Position numbers and translations under genes: made by a program. A DNA stretch of 64,000 bases, taken from positions 248,001 to 312,000 of the forward strand of contig JBECUI020000024.1 of the NCBI GenBank assembly GCA_040954595.2, given 5' to 3'. Source of the DNA: Balanoglossus misakiensis (lineage: Eukaryota > Animalia > Hemichordata). Positions 12,001 through 26,186 of the stretch are shown here, piece after piece (the first letter of the stretch is position 1; the number at the start of each line of letters is the position of its first letter). The notes under the pieces are model-generated. The model did not search any database. It was given only the letters and a program-made list of their open reading frames with translations, and had not been told where the DNA came from.

Positions 12001-15000
12001 CGGCCTGCAGTACTGCCGGGTAAGCTGACATCGGCGTACCGCATATAATGTAGGGGGGGGGGGGGGGAAACAGAACGGTTCAATACTACATTTATTAGAT
12101 ATCAGCTAATTTTGGACAATCATCTAAAATCTAAATCATTTTTTCATATTTGGATATCTGATGATGTATGAAATTTCCATTATATGTAAAAATGGTGCTG
12201 ATTATAAAAAATGCACTCTGAATGAGCTGATTTAATACAAAATTACGTTTTATTCGTTTTTGCACCTAAAAGGTCATTTTTAGGCAAAACATTATTTTTT
12301 TAATTCAGGGGGGAAACAGAACGGTTCAATACTACATTTATTAGATATCAGCTAATTTTGGACAATCATCTAAATCATTTTTTTCATATTTGGATATCTG
12401 ATGATGTATGAAATTTCCATTATATATGTGAAAATGGTGCTGATTATAAAAAATGCACTCTGATTTAATACAAAATTGCGTTTTATTCGTTTTTGCACCA
12501 AAAAGGTCATTTTTAGGCAAAACATTCTCTATTTTTTTAATTCGGTGACCTGATCATATATAAAGAATTGCTTGTATGTTAAAAGTTTTTATGACTTTTA
12601 AAAGCAGTGACATTGGCGGCATTCAACACGAAAATAACAATTTTAGCCACAATTTGGTCAAAATGGAAAATTTTTCAAAATTACAAAAAATACCTGTTTT
12701 CTACATTTTCGGAAATCTGATGGAGTATAGAATGCTCTTCGTATGTATATATCGATACAAATTCCACAAAAGACCGTCTTATTTGGCTCACTGCAGACAA
12801 AATTGCGTTTTACCAAATATTCCTTGAAAATATCATTTTTAGAAAAAAAATAAAAAAACCTTTGTTCTTCGAATTTGGTGCCCCGATCATATATGACATG
12901 TTGATTGTATGTTAAAACTTTCGACCACTCCAAAAATGCAGAGATATTGACGGAATTCAAGATAAAATAGCCATTTTGGCCATATTTTGACAAAAATGGT
13001 AAATTTTTAAAAAATCATAAAAAATTAACTCTTTTCTTCATTTTCGGAAATATTATGGAGCATGAAGTGTCGTTCTCTTGTAAAAAGTGCTGCATATTCC
13101 AGAAAAGGTGGTATAATTTGAATCACCCAAGACAAAATTACCATTTTCGCCTTTTTTCGAAAAATTGTCTTTTTTACAAAATAAATAAGAATAAATTCTT
13201 TTCTTAGTTTCAAACGGGTAGAGATACTTTCCACACGGGTTTTCTAACATTGAATTCCCGTTCATCAACTCTGATTTCCTACAGCATAAATCGGCTAAAA
13301 CCCTGACACTCTAGAGCAGAAACAGTTGCACACTGATAACGTTGAACAAGTCGATTTTTTTACGGCCTGGCTCGGCTAAATCTCCGTCACAATATGACAG
13401 ACACTAGCGTACGTTAGCAACGGTGATCAAGTCAGATTTTCTACAGCATGGCTTGGATAAGGCCCCGGCACTCTAGAGCAGAAACACGCGTACAGAGACC
13501 ACGTTGATCAAGTCTGATCTCCTACGGCTTGGCTCGACTAAAACCCCGGCACACTATGACAGACACTAGCGTTCGTTAGCAACGTTGATCAAGTCAGATT
13601 TCCTACGGCATGGCTTTGCTAAAGCCCTGACACTCTAGAGCAGAAACACGCGTACATTGACCACGTTGATCAAGTCAGATTTCCTACGGCGTGACTCGGC
13701 TGGTGCACCGGCTATATATGACACAGACTGGCGTAAGTTATCAACGGTGATTACGTCGGATTTCCTACGGCCTGGTTTAGATGAAGCCCCGGCACTTTAG
13801 AGCTTAAACACGCGTACATTGACCACGATGATCAAGTCAGATCTCCTACGGCCTGGCTCGACTAAAACCCCGGCACACCATGACAGACACTAGCGTTCGT
13901 TAGCAACGGTGATCAAGTCGGATTTCCTTCGGCCTGGCTCTGCAAAAGACCCGACACTCTAGTACAAAGACGTTGGCTAAGTCGGGCAAACCGAAGAGGG
14001 AAAGTCACAGCGGGTCAACACTCGACATTTGTTCGGGTAGGACTGCATTATTGCCTGTCAATTTATAGAGAAAGCCCGAATTTAACCAGGGCGTTTCAAA
14101 CACCGACGTTAGTTGGGGGCACGGCCTGCAGTACTGCCGGGTAAGCTGACATCGGCGTACCGCATATAATGTAGGGGGGGGGGGGGGAAACAGAACGGTT
14201 CAATACTACATTTATTAGATATCAGCTAATTTTGGACAATCATCTTAAATATATCTTATTCATTTTTTCATATTTGGATATCTGATGATGTATGAAATTT
14301 CCATTATATATAAAAATGGTGCTGATTATAAAAAATGCACTCTGAATGAGCTGATTTAATACAAAATTACGTTTTATTCGTTTTTGCACCTAAAAGGTCA
14401 TTTTTAGGCAAAACATTCTTTATTTTTGTAATTCGGTGACCTGATCATATATAAAGAATTGCTTGTATGTTAAAAGTTTTTATGACTTTTAAATGCAGTG
14501 ACACTAGCGGCATTCAACACGAAAATAAAAATTTTAGCCACAAATTGGTCAAAATGGTAAATTTTTGAAAATTACAAAAAATACCTGTTTTCTACATTTT
14601 CGGAAATCTGATGGAGTATAGAATGCTCGTCGTATGTATATATCGATACAAATTCCACAAAAGACCGTCTAATTTGGCTCACTGCAGACAAAATTGCGTT
14701 TTACCAAATTTTCCTTGAAAATGTCATTTTTAGAAAAAAAATAAAAAAACCTTTGTTCTTCGAATTTGGTGCCCTGATCATATATGACATGTTGATTGTA
14801 TGTTAAAACTTTCGACCACTCCAAAAATGCAGAGATATTGACGGAATTCAAGAAAAAATAGCCATTTTGGCCATATTTTGAGAAAAATGGTAAATTTTTA
14901 AAAAATCATAAAAAAATAACTCTTTTCTTCATTTTCGGAAATATTATGGAGCATGAAGTGTCGTTCTCTTGTAAAAAGTGCTGCAAATTCCAGAAAAGGC

Positions 15001-18000
15001 GGTATAATTTGAATCACCCAAAACAAAATTACCATTTTCGACTTTTTTTCGAAATATTGTCTTTTTTACAAAATAAATAAGAATAAATGCTTTTCTTAGT
15101 TTCAAACGGGTAGAGATACTTTCCACACGGGTTTTCTAGCAATGAATTCTCGTTAATCAACTCAGATTTCCTACAGCATAAGTCGGCTAAAACCCTGACA
15201 CTCTAGAGCAGAAACAGTTGCACACTGGTAACGTTGAACAAGTCGATTTTCCTGCGGCCTGGCTCGGCTAAATCTCCGTCACAATATGACAGACACTAGC
15301 GTACGTTAGCAACGGTGATCAAGTCAGATTTTCTACGGCATGGCTTGGATAAAGCCCCGGCACTCTAGAGCAGAAACACGCGGACAGAGACCACGTTGAT
15401 CTACTCACATTTCCTTCGGCCTGGCACGGCTGATGCCCCGGCACTATATATAGGACACAGACTGGCGTAAGTTAACAACGGTAATCACGTCGGGTTTCCT
15501 ACGGCCTGGCTCAGCTGAAGCCCCGGCACTCTAGAGCAGAAACAGGCGTACATTGACCACGTTGATCAAGTCAGATTTCCTACGGCGTGACTCGGCTGGT
15601 GCACCGGCTCTATATGACACAGACTGGCGTAAGTTATCAACGGTGATTACGTCAGATTTCCTACGGCCTGGTTTAGCTGAAGCACCGGCGCTTTAGAGCG
15701 GAAACACGCGTACATTGACCACGATGATCAAGTCAGATCTCCTACGGCCTGGCTCGACTAAAACCACGGCACACCATGACAGACACTAGCGTTCGTTAGC
15801 AACGGTGATCAAGTCGGATTTCCTTCGGCCTGGCTCTGCAAAAGAACCGACACTCTAGTACAAAGACGTTGGCTAAGTCGGGCAAACCGAAGAGGGAAAG
15901 TCACAGCGGGTCAACACTCGACATTTGTTCGGGTAGGACTGTATTATTGCCTGTCAATTTATAGAGAAAGCCCGAATTTAACCAGGGCGTTTCAAACACC
16001 GACGTTAGTTGGGGGCACGGCCTGCAGTACTGCCGGGTAAGCTGACATCAGCGTACCGCATATAATGTAGGGGGGGGGGGGAACAGAACGGTTCAATACT
16101 ACATTTATTAGATATTAGCTAATTTTGGACAATCATCTAAAATCTAAATCATTTTTTCATATTTTGATATCTGATGATGTAAAAATGGTGCTGATTCTAA
16201 AAAATGCACTCTGAATGAGCTGATTTAATACAAAATTGCGTTTTATTCGTTTTTGCACCAAAAAGGTCATTTTTAGGCAAAACATTCTTTATTTTTTTAA
16301 TTCGGTGACCTGATCATATATAAACAATTGCTTGTATGTTAAAAGTTTTTATGACTTTTATAAGCAGTGACACTGGCGGCATTCAACACGGAAATAACAA
16401 TTTTAGCCACAATTTGGTCAAAATGGTAAATTTTTGAAAATTACAAAAAATACATGTTTTCTACATTTTCGGAAATCTGATTGAGTATAGAATGCTCTTC
16501 GTATGTATATATCGATACAAATTCCACAAAAGACCGTCTAATTTGGCTCACTGCAGACAAAATTGCGTTTTTCCAAATTTTCCTTGAAAATGTCATTTTT
16601 AGAAAAAAAAAATGAATAAAACCTTTGTTCTTCGAATTTGGTGCCCTGATCATATATGACATGTTGATTGTATGTTAAAACTTTCGACCACTCCAAACAT
16701 GCAGAGATATTGACGGAATTCAAGATAAAATAGCCATTTTGGCCATATTTTGACAAAAATGGTAATTTTTTAAAAAATCATAAAAAATTAACTCTTTTCT
16801 TCATTTTCGGAAATATTATGGAGCATGAAGTGTCGTTCTCTTGTAAAAAGTGCTGCAAATTCCAGAAAAGGCGGTATAATTTGAATCACCCAAGACAAAA
16901 CTACCATTTTCGACTTTTTTTCGAAATATCGTCTTTTTTACAAAATAAATAAGAATAAATTCTTTTCTTAGTTTCAAACGGGTAGAGATACTTTCCACAC
17001 GGGTTTTCTGACAATGAATTTCCGTTCATCAACTCAGATTTCCTACAGCATAAGTCAGCTAAAACCCTGACACTCTAGAGCAGAAACAGTTGCACAAATG
17101 GTAACGTTGAACAAGTCGATTTTTCTACGGCCTGGCTTGGATAAAGCCCCGGCACTCTAGAGCAGAAACAGGCGTACGTTAGCAACGGTGATCAAGTCAG
17201 ATTTTCTACGGCCTGGCTTGGATAAAGCCCCGGCACTCTAGAGCAGAAACAGGCGTACAGAGACCACGTTGATCAAGTCAGATTTCCTACGGCGTGACTC
17301 GGCTAGTGCACCGGCTCTATATGACACAGACTGGCGTAAGTTATCAACGGTGATTACGTCGGATTTCCTACGGCCTGGTTTAGCTGAAGCCCCGGCACTT
17401 TAGAGCGGAAACACGCGTACATTGACCACGAAGATCAAGTCAGATCTCCTACGGCTTGGCTCGACTAAAACCCTGGCACACTATGACAGACACTAGCGTT
17501 CGTTAGCAACGTTGATCAAGTCAGATTTCCCGCGGCATGGCTTGGCTAAAGCCCTGGCACTCTAGAGCACAAACACGCGTACAGAGACCACATTGATCTA
17601 CTCACATTTCCTTCGGCCTGGCACGGCTGATGCCCCGGCACTATATATAGGACACAGACTGGCGTAAGTTAACAACGGTAATCACGTCGGGTTTCCTACG
17701 GCCTGGATCAGCTAAATCTCCGTCACAATATGACAGACACTAGCGTACGTTAGCAACGGTGATCAAGTCAGATTTTCTACGGCATGGCTTAGATAAAGCC
17801 CCGGCACTCTAGAGCAGAAACACGCGTACAGAGACCACGTTGATCAAGTCTGATTTCCTACGGCTTGGCTCGACTAAAACCCAGGCACACTATGACAGAC
17901 ACTAGCGTTCGTTAGCAACGTTGATCAAGTCAGATTTCCTACGGCATGGCTTGGCTAAAGCCCCGGCACTCTAGAGCAGAAACACGCGTACAGAGACCAC

Positions 18001-21000
18001 GTTGATCAAGTCTGATTTCCTACGGCTTGGCTCGACTAAAACCCAGGCACACTATGACAGACACTAGCGTTCGTTAGCAACGTTGATCAAGTCAGATTTC
18101 CTACGGCATGGCTTGGCTAAAGCCCTGGCACTCTAGAGCAGAAACACGCGTACAGAGACCACGTTGATCTACTCACATTTCCTTCGGCCTGGCACGGCTG
18201 ATGCCCCGGCACTATATATAGGACACAGACTGGCGTAAGTTAACAACGGTAATCACGTCGGGTTTCCTACGGCCTGGCTCAGCTGAAGCCCCGGCACTCT
18301 AGAGCAGAAACAGGCGTACATTGACCACGTTGATCAAGTCAGATTTCCTACGGCGTGACTCGGCTGGTGCACCGGCTCTATATGACATAGACTGGCGTAA
18401 GTTATCAATGGTGATTACGTCGGATTTCCTACGGCCTGGTTTAGCTGAAGCCCCGGCGCTTTAGAGCGGAAACACGCGTACATTGCCCACGATGATCAAG
18501 TCAGATCTCCTACGGCCTGGCTCGACTAAAACCCCGGCACACTATGACAGACACTAGCGTTCGTTAGCAACGGTGATCAAGTCGGATTTCCTTCGGCCTG
18601 GCTCTGCAAAAGACCCGACACTCTAGTACAAAGACGTTGGCTAAGTCTGGCAAACCGAAGAGGGAAAGTCACAGCGGGTCAACACTCGACATTTGTTCGG
18701 GTAGGACTGCATTATTGCCTGTCAATTTATAGAGAAAGCCCGAATTTAACCAGGGCGTTTCAATCACCGACGTTAGTTGGGGGCACGGCCTGCAGTACTG
18801 CCGGGTAAGCTGACATCGGCGTACCGCATATAATGTAGGGGGGGGGGGGGAAACAGAACGGTTCAATACTACATTTATTAGATATCAGCTAATTTTGGAC
18901 AATCATCTAAAATCTAAATCATTTTTTCATATTTGGATATCTGATGATGTATGAAATTTCCATTATATGTAAAAATGGTGCTGATTATAAAAAATGCACT
19001 CTGAATGAGCTGATTTAATACAAAATTGCGTTTTATTCGTTTTTGCACCAAAAAGGTCATTTTTAGGCAAAACATTCTTTATTTTTTTAATTCGGTGACC
19101 TGATCATATATAAACAATTGCTTGTATGTTAAAAGTTTTTATGACTTTTAAAAGCAGTGACACTGGCGGCATTCAACACGAAAATAACAACTTTAGCCAC
19201 AATTTGGTCAAAATGGTAAATTTTTGAAAATTACAAAAAATACCTGTTTTCTACATTTTCGGAAATCTGATGGAGTATAGAATGCTCTTCGTATGAATAT
19301 ATCGATACAAATTCCACAAAAGACCGTCTAATTTGGCTCACTGCAGACAAAATTGCATGTCATCAAATTTTGCTTGAAAATGTGATTTTTAGAAAAAATA
19401 ATAAAAAAACCTTTGTTCTTCGAATTTGGTGCCCTGATCATATATGATATGTTAAGTGTATGTTAAAACTTTCGACCACTCCCAAAATGCAGAGATATTG
19501 ACGGAATTCAAGAAAAAATAGCCATTTTGGCCATATTTTGTCAAAAATGGTAAATTTTTAAAAAATCATAAAAAATTAACTCTTTTCTTCATTTTCGGAA
19601 ATATTATGGAGCATGAAGTGTCGTTCTCTTGTAAAAAGTGCTGAAAATTCCAGAAAAGGCGGTATAATTTGAATCACCCAAGACAAAATTACCATTTTCG
19701 ACTTTTTTTCGAAAAATTGTCTTTTTTACAAAATAAATAAGAATAAATTCTTTTCTTAGTTTCAAACGGGTAGAGATACTTTCCACACGGGTTTTCTAAC
19801 ATTGAATTCCCGTTCATCAACTCAGATTTCCTACAGCATAAGTTGGCTAAAACCCTGACGCTCTAGAGCAGAAACAGTTGCACACTGGTAACGTTGAACA
19901 AGTCGATTTTTCTACGGCCTGGCTCGGCTAAATCTCCGTCACAATATGACAGACACTAGCGTACGTTAGCATTGGTGATCAAGTCAGATTTTCTACGGCA
20001 TGGCTTGGATAAAGCCCCGGCACTCTAGAGCAGAAACACGCGTACAGAGACCACGTTGATCAAGTCTGATCTCCTACGGCTTGGCTCGACTAAAACCCCG
20101 GCACACTATGGCAAACACTAGCGTTCGTTAGCAACGTTGATCAAGTCAAATTTCCTACGGCATGGCTTGGCTAAAGCCCTGGCACTCTAGAGCAGAAACA
20201 CGCGTACAGAGACCACGTTGATCTACTCACATTTCCTTCGGCCTGGCACGGTTGATGCCCCGGCACTATATATAGGGCACAGACTGGCGTAAGTTAACAA
20301 CGGTAATCACGTCGGGTTTCCTACGGCCTGGCTCAGCTGAAGCCCCGGCACTCTAGAGCAGAAACAGGCGTACATTGACCACGTTGATCAAGTCAGATTT
20401 CCTACGGCGTGACTCGGCTGGTGCACCGGCTCTATATGACACAGACTGGCGTAAGTTATCAACGGTGATTACGTCGGATTTCCTACGGCCTGGTTTAGCT
20501 GAAGCCCCGGCACTTTAGAGCGGAAACACGCGTACATTGACCACGATGATCAAGTCAGATCTCCTACGGCCTGGCTCGACTAAAACCCCAACACACCATG
20601 ACAGACACTAGCGTTCGTTAGCAACGGTGATCAAGTCGGATTTCCTTTGGCCTGGCTCTGCAAAAGACCCGACCCTCTAGTACAAAGACGTTATCTACGT
20701 CGGGCAAACCGAAGAGGGAAAGTCACAGCGGGTCAACACTCGACATTTGTTCGGGTAGGACTGCATTATTGCCTGTCAATTTATAGAGAAAGCCCGAAGT
20801 TAACCAGGGCGTTTCAAACACCGACGTTAGTTGGGGGCACGGCCTGCAGTACTGCCGGGTAAGCTGACATCGGCGTACCGCATATAATGTAGGGGGGGGG
20901 GAAACAGAACGGTTCAATACTACATTTATTAGATATCAGCTAATTTTGGACAATCATCTAAATCATTTTTTTCATATTTGGATATCTGATGATGTATGAA

Positions 21001-24000
21001 ATTTCCATTATATATGTGAAAATGGTGCTGATTATAAAAAATGCACTCTGATTTAATACAAAATTGCGTTTTATTCGTTTTTGCACCAAAAAGGTCATTT
21101 TTAGGCAAAACATTCTCTATTTTTTTAATTCGGTGACCTGATCATATATAAACAATTGCTTGTATGTTAAAAGTTTTTATGACTTTTAAAAGCAGTGACA
21201 CTGGCGGCATTCAACACCTAAATAACAATTTTAGCCACAATTTGGTCAAAATGGAAAAATTTTCAAAATTACAAAAAATACCTGTTTTCTACATTTTCGG
21301 AAATCTGATGGAGTATAGAATGCTCTTCGTATGTATGTATATATCGATACAAATTCCACAAAAGACCGTCTAATTTGGCTCACTGCAGACAAAATTGCGT
21401 TTTACCAAATTTTCCTTGAAAATGTCATTTTTAGAAAAAAAAATAAAAAAACCTTTGTTCTTCGAATTTGGTGCCCTGATCATATATGACATATTGATTG
21501 TATGTTAAAACTTTCGACCACTCCAAAAATGCAGAGATATTGACGGAAGAATTCAAGAAAAAATAGTCATTTTGGCCATATTTTGACAAAAATGGTAATT
21601 TTTTAAAAAATCATAAAAAATTAACTCTTTTCTTCATTTTCGGAAATATTTTGGAGCACGAAGTGTCGTTCTCTTGTAAAAAGTGCTGCAAATTCCAGAA
21701 AAGGCGGTATAATTTGAATCACCCAAGACAAAATTACCATTTTCGACTTTTTCGAAAAATTGTCTTTTTTACATAATAAATAAGAATAAATTCTTTTCTT
21801 AGTTTCAAACGGGTAGAGATACTTTCCACACGGGTTTTCTAACATTGAATTCCCGTTCATCAACTCAGATTTCCTACAGCATAAGTCGGCTAAAACTCTG
21901 ACACTATAGCAGAAACAGTTGCACACTGGTAACGTTGAATAAGTCGATTTTTCTACGGCCTGGCTCGGCTAAATCTCCGTCACAATATGACAGACACTAG
22001 CGTACGTTAGCAACGGTGATCAAGTCAGATTTTCTACGGCATGGCTTGGATAAAGCCCCGGCACTCTAGAGCAGAAACACGCGTACAGAGACCACGTTGA
22101 TCAAGTCCGATCTCCTACGGCTTGGCTCGACTAAAACCCCGGCACACTATGACAGACACTAGCGTGCGTTAGCAACGGTGATCAAGTCAGATTTTCTACG
22201 GCATGGCTTGGATAAAGCCCCGGCACTCTAGAGCAGAAACACGCGTACAGAGACCACGTTGATCTACTCACATTTCCTTCGGCCTGGCACGGCTGATGCC
22301 CCGGCACTATATATAGGACACAGACTGGCGTACGTTAACAACGGTAATCACGTCGGGTTTCCTACGGCCTGGCTCAGCTGAAGCCCCGGCACTCTAGAGC
22401 AGAAACATGCGTACATTGACCACGTTGATCAAGTAAGATTTCCTACGGCGTGACTCGGCTGGTGCACCGGCTCTATATGACACAGACTGGCGTAAGTTAT
22501 CAACGGTGATTACGTCGGATTTCCTACGGCCTAGTTTAGCTGAAGCCCCGGCACTTTAGAGCGGAAACACGCGTACATTGACCACGATGATCAAGTCAGA
22601 TCTCCTACGGCCTGGCTCGACTAAAACCCCGGCACACCATGACAGACACTAGCGTTCGTTAGCAACGGTGATCAAGTCGGATTTCTTTCGGCCTGGCTCT
22701 GCAAAAGACCCGACACTCTAGTACAAAGACGATGGCTAAGTCGGGCAAACCGAAGAGGGAAAGTCACAGCGGGTCAACACTCGACATTTGTTCGGGTAGG
22801 ACTGCATTATTGCCTGTCAATTTATAGAGAGAGCCCGAATTTAACCAGGGCGTTTCTAACACCGACGTTAGTTGGGGGCACGGCCTTCAGTACTGCCGGG
22901 TAAGCTGACATCGGCGTACCGCATATAATGTAGGGGGGGGGGGGACAGAACGGTTCAATACTACATTTATTCATTTATTAGATATCAGCTAATTTTGGAC
23001 AATCATCTAAAATCTAAATAATTTTTTCATATTTGGATATCTGATGATGTATGAAATTTCCATTATATGTAAAAATTGTGCTGATTATAAAAAATGCACT
23101 CTGAATGAGCTGATTTAATACAAAATTGCGTTTTATTCGTTTTTGCACCAAAAAGGTCATTTTTAGGGAAAACATTCTTTATTTTTTTAATTCGGTGACC
23201 TGATCATATATAAACAATTGCTTGTATGTTAAAAGTTTTTATGACTTTTAAAAGCAGTGACACTGGCGGCATTCAACACGAAAATAACAATTTTAGCCAC
23301 AATTTGGTCAAAATGGTAAATTTTTGAAAATTACAAAAAATACCTGTTTTCTACATTTTCGGAAATCTGATGGAGTATAGAATGCTCTTCGTATATATAT
23401 ATATATCGATACAAATTCCACAAAAAAACGGCCAATTTGGCTCACTGCAGACAAAATTGCGTTTTACCAAATTTTTCTTGAAAATGTCATTTTTAGAAAA
23501 AAATAAAAAACCTTTGTTCTTCGAATTTGGTGCCCTGATCATATATGACATGTTGATTGTATGTTAAAACTTTCGACCTCTCCAAAAATGCAGAGATATT
23601 GACGGAATTCAAGAAAAAATAGCCATTTTGGCCATATTTTGAAAAAATGGTAAATTTTTAAAAAAATAAAAAATTAACTCTTTTCTTCATTTTCGGAAAT
23701 ATTATGGAGCATGAAGTGTCGTTCTCTTGTAAAAAGTGCTGCAAATTCCAGAAAAGGCGGTATAATTTGAATCACCCAAGACAAAATTACCATTTTCGAC
23801 TTTTTTTTCGAAAAATTGTCTTTTTTACAAAATAAATAAGATTAATTCTTTTCTTAGTTTCAAACGGGTAGAGATACTTTCCACACGGGTTTTCTAACAT
23901 TGAATTCCCGTTCATCAACTCACATTTCCTACAGCATAAGTCGGCTAAAACCCAGTTACTCTAGAGCAGAAACAGTTGCACACTGGTAACGTTGAACAAG

Positions 24001-24510
24001 TCGATTTTTCTACGGCCTGGCTCGGCTAAATCTCCGTCACAATATGACAGACACTAGCGTACGTTAGCAACGGTGATCAAGTCAGATTTCCTACGGCCTG
24101 GTTTAGCTGAAGCCCCGGCACTTTAGAGCGGAAACACGCGTACATTGACCACGATGATCAAGTCAGATTTCCTACGGCCTGGCTCGACTAAAACCCCGGA
24201 ACACCATGACAGACACTAGCGTTCGGTAGCAACGTTGATCAAGTCAGATTTCCTACGGCATGGCTTGGCTAAAGCCCTGGCACTCTAGAGCAGAAACACG
24301 CGTACAGAGACCACGTTGATCTATTCACATTTCCTTCGGCCTGGCACGGCTGATGCCCCGGCACTATATATAGGACACAGACTGGCGTAAGTTAACAACG
24401 GTAATCACGTCGGGTTTCCTACGGCCTGGCTCAGCTGAAGCCCCGGCACTCTAGAGTAGAAACAGGCGTACATTGACCACGTTGATCAAGTCAGATTTCC
24501 TACGGCGTGA
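3058..24510. repeat. Composite macrosatellite array, block 1 (~10.5 units of ~2.05 kb)
   Basis: Landmark gcatataatgta(G)n at about 3505, 5566, 7780, 9835, 12053, 14174, 16069, 18838, 20892, 22933. Each unit has an AT-rich block plus ~81-bp monomers (gatc anchors at 4651, 4732, 4813, 4894). Confidence 0.97.
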
Positions 24511-24548
24511 TTTAAATTACGAATTCCAGATATGCTATTACTAATTAA

Positions 24549-26186
24549 TTATGGTGTAATACGTGTACTACTTTCCTCAAGCAAGCACAGTTTGCGAACA
24601 TCTCTACGCAATCTTCCTGTTTCAGTCTTCACTAGGACCTGGCGCACATTGCCGTACTGATCTGGGTAAGTTTGCTGAACTAGTCCTTTTGACCACTGTC
24701 CTCTTGGGATATTTTCCTCTACCACGATAACCAAATCTCCAACAGTCAGATTTCTCTTGGGCTTCAACCACTTCTGTCTCTGCTGAAGGGAAGGCAGGTA
24801 TTCGTGTAGCCATCGTTTCCAAAACGAGTTCGCTATGAGATTAGCTTGGTTCCTTCTGTGATTAGCTGTACTGGTCGTGACAGTGTCTGCAGGATATGTG
24901 CATGGATTCGGCCTCAGTAGTAACAGGCTATTAGGCGTCAGTGCTTCAAGGTCATTCGGGTCATCTGATTGACGGGTGAAAGGTCGATCATTGATAATCT
25001 TCTCCACCTCCGCCAAGACAGTAAGTAAAGTTTCGTCGTCAATTAGTTGGTTTCCAACGAGTGCTCGTAGGATTTTCCGCACTGAACGTATCATCCTTTC
25101 CCAAACTCCTCCAGTATGACTGGCTGCGGGTGCATTGAAATACCATTGGATATCCCTCTTGCGTAGACTATCAGTTATCTTCTCTTGATTCCAACTCGCT
25201 AGAGCTTCTTTGATTTCAGTTTCCGCTCCCCGGAAATTTGTTCCGTTGTCACTGTATACCGTTTTTGGTGGACCACGTCTGCTGACAAATCTCCATACTG
25301 CCTGAATAAATGAATCTGTGGATAAACTGTGGGTGACTTCAATATGCACAGCTCGTATGGCGAGACAGGTGAATATACATCCGTATCGTTTGGACGTTCC
25401 TCTTCTCCACTTGACTTTCAGAGGACCAAAGAAGTCGATTCCCACTGCAGCAAATGCACTCTCACCTGGAGTAACTCTTGGGGTTGGAAGTGGCACCATT
25501 ATTTGCGTTCCAGGTCTTGCATTCCATCCCCTGCACACTACACATTTCCGCAGAATTCTTCTGACAGTAGCTTGGCCTCTCAAAATCCAATATTCTTTTC
25601 GGATTCTGGATAACACATGGGTGGTTCCTACGTGACCTTCCTGCTCATGGAAAAACTGAACAATTAATTCGGTCACTTGATGATTATGGGGTAGAATAAT
25701 AGGAGGTTTTGTGGTTTCATCTATGAGGGAGTTGTTTAGTATTCCACCAACGTGTATAATGCCATCTTTGTAGATTGGACTGAGTCTGCAAAGTGGACTG
25801 GTATATCCTTCAGAATCTGGTTTTCTGCTTGGATTCTTCAACTGTGTTGATATTTCCTTAGGAAACGCTTTCCGTTGAACGACTCTAATGACTTCTAAGG
25901 TAGCATCGGACACTTCTGACACCGTTAGAGCACCAACCGGAACTTTACCATTTCCGCCATTCTCAATGCGAGCTCGGAGATACTTCTTGTATCGTAAAAT
26001 CCAAGCGACAGATTTGCAAAGTTTGTACCATGACGAAAATCTGTGAATTAACGAATGGATGATATCAGTGTCATCTGTCTGGTTGCTGTTTACCACTGCG
26101 CATACCTTTGCCATTTTCAATTCGTTGTCCTCATCCGATATTCTTGGTAAGTCGGTAGGTTGGGTTGGCCAGTTTCCTTCAGATTT
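24549..26186 (-). pseudogene. Outer BEL/Pao integrase region
   Basis: HHCC zinc motif (HEQEGH...CVVC), GIDFFGP, SDNGTNF, GGVWERMIR, FWKRWLHEYLPSLQQRQKW. Same frame as the upstream part, separated by a TGA at 26187-26189 (W expected in GPEFL-W). Confidence 0.92.
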
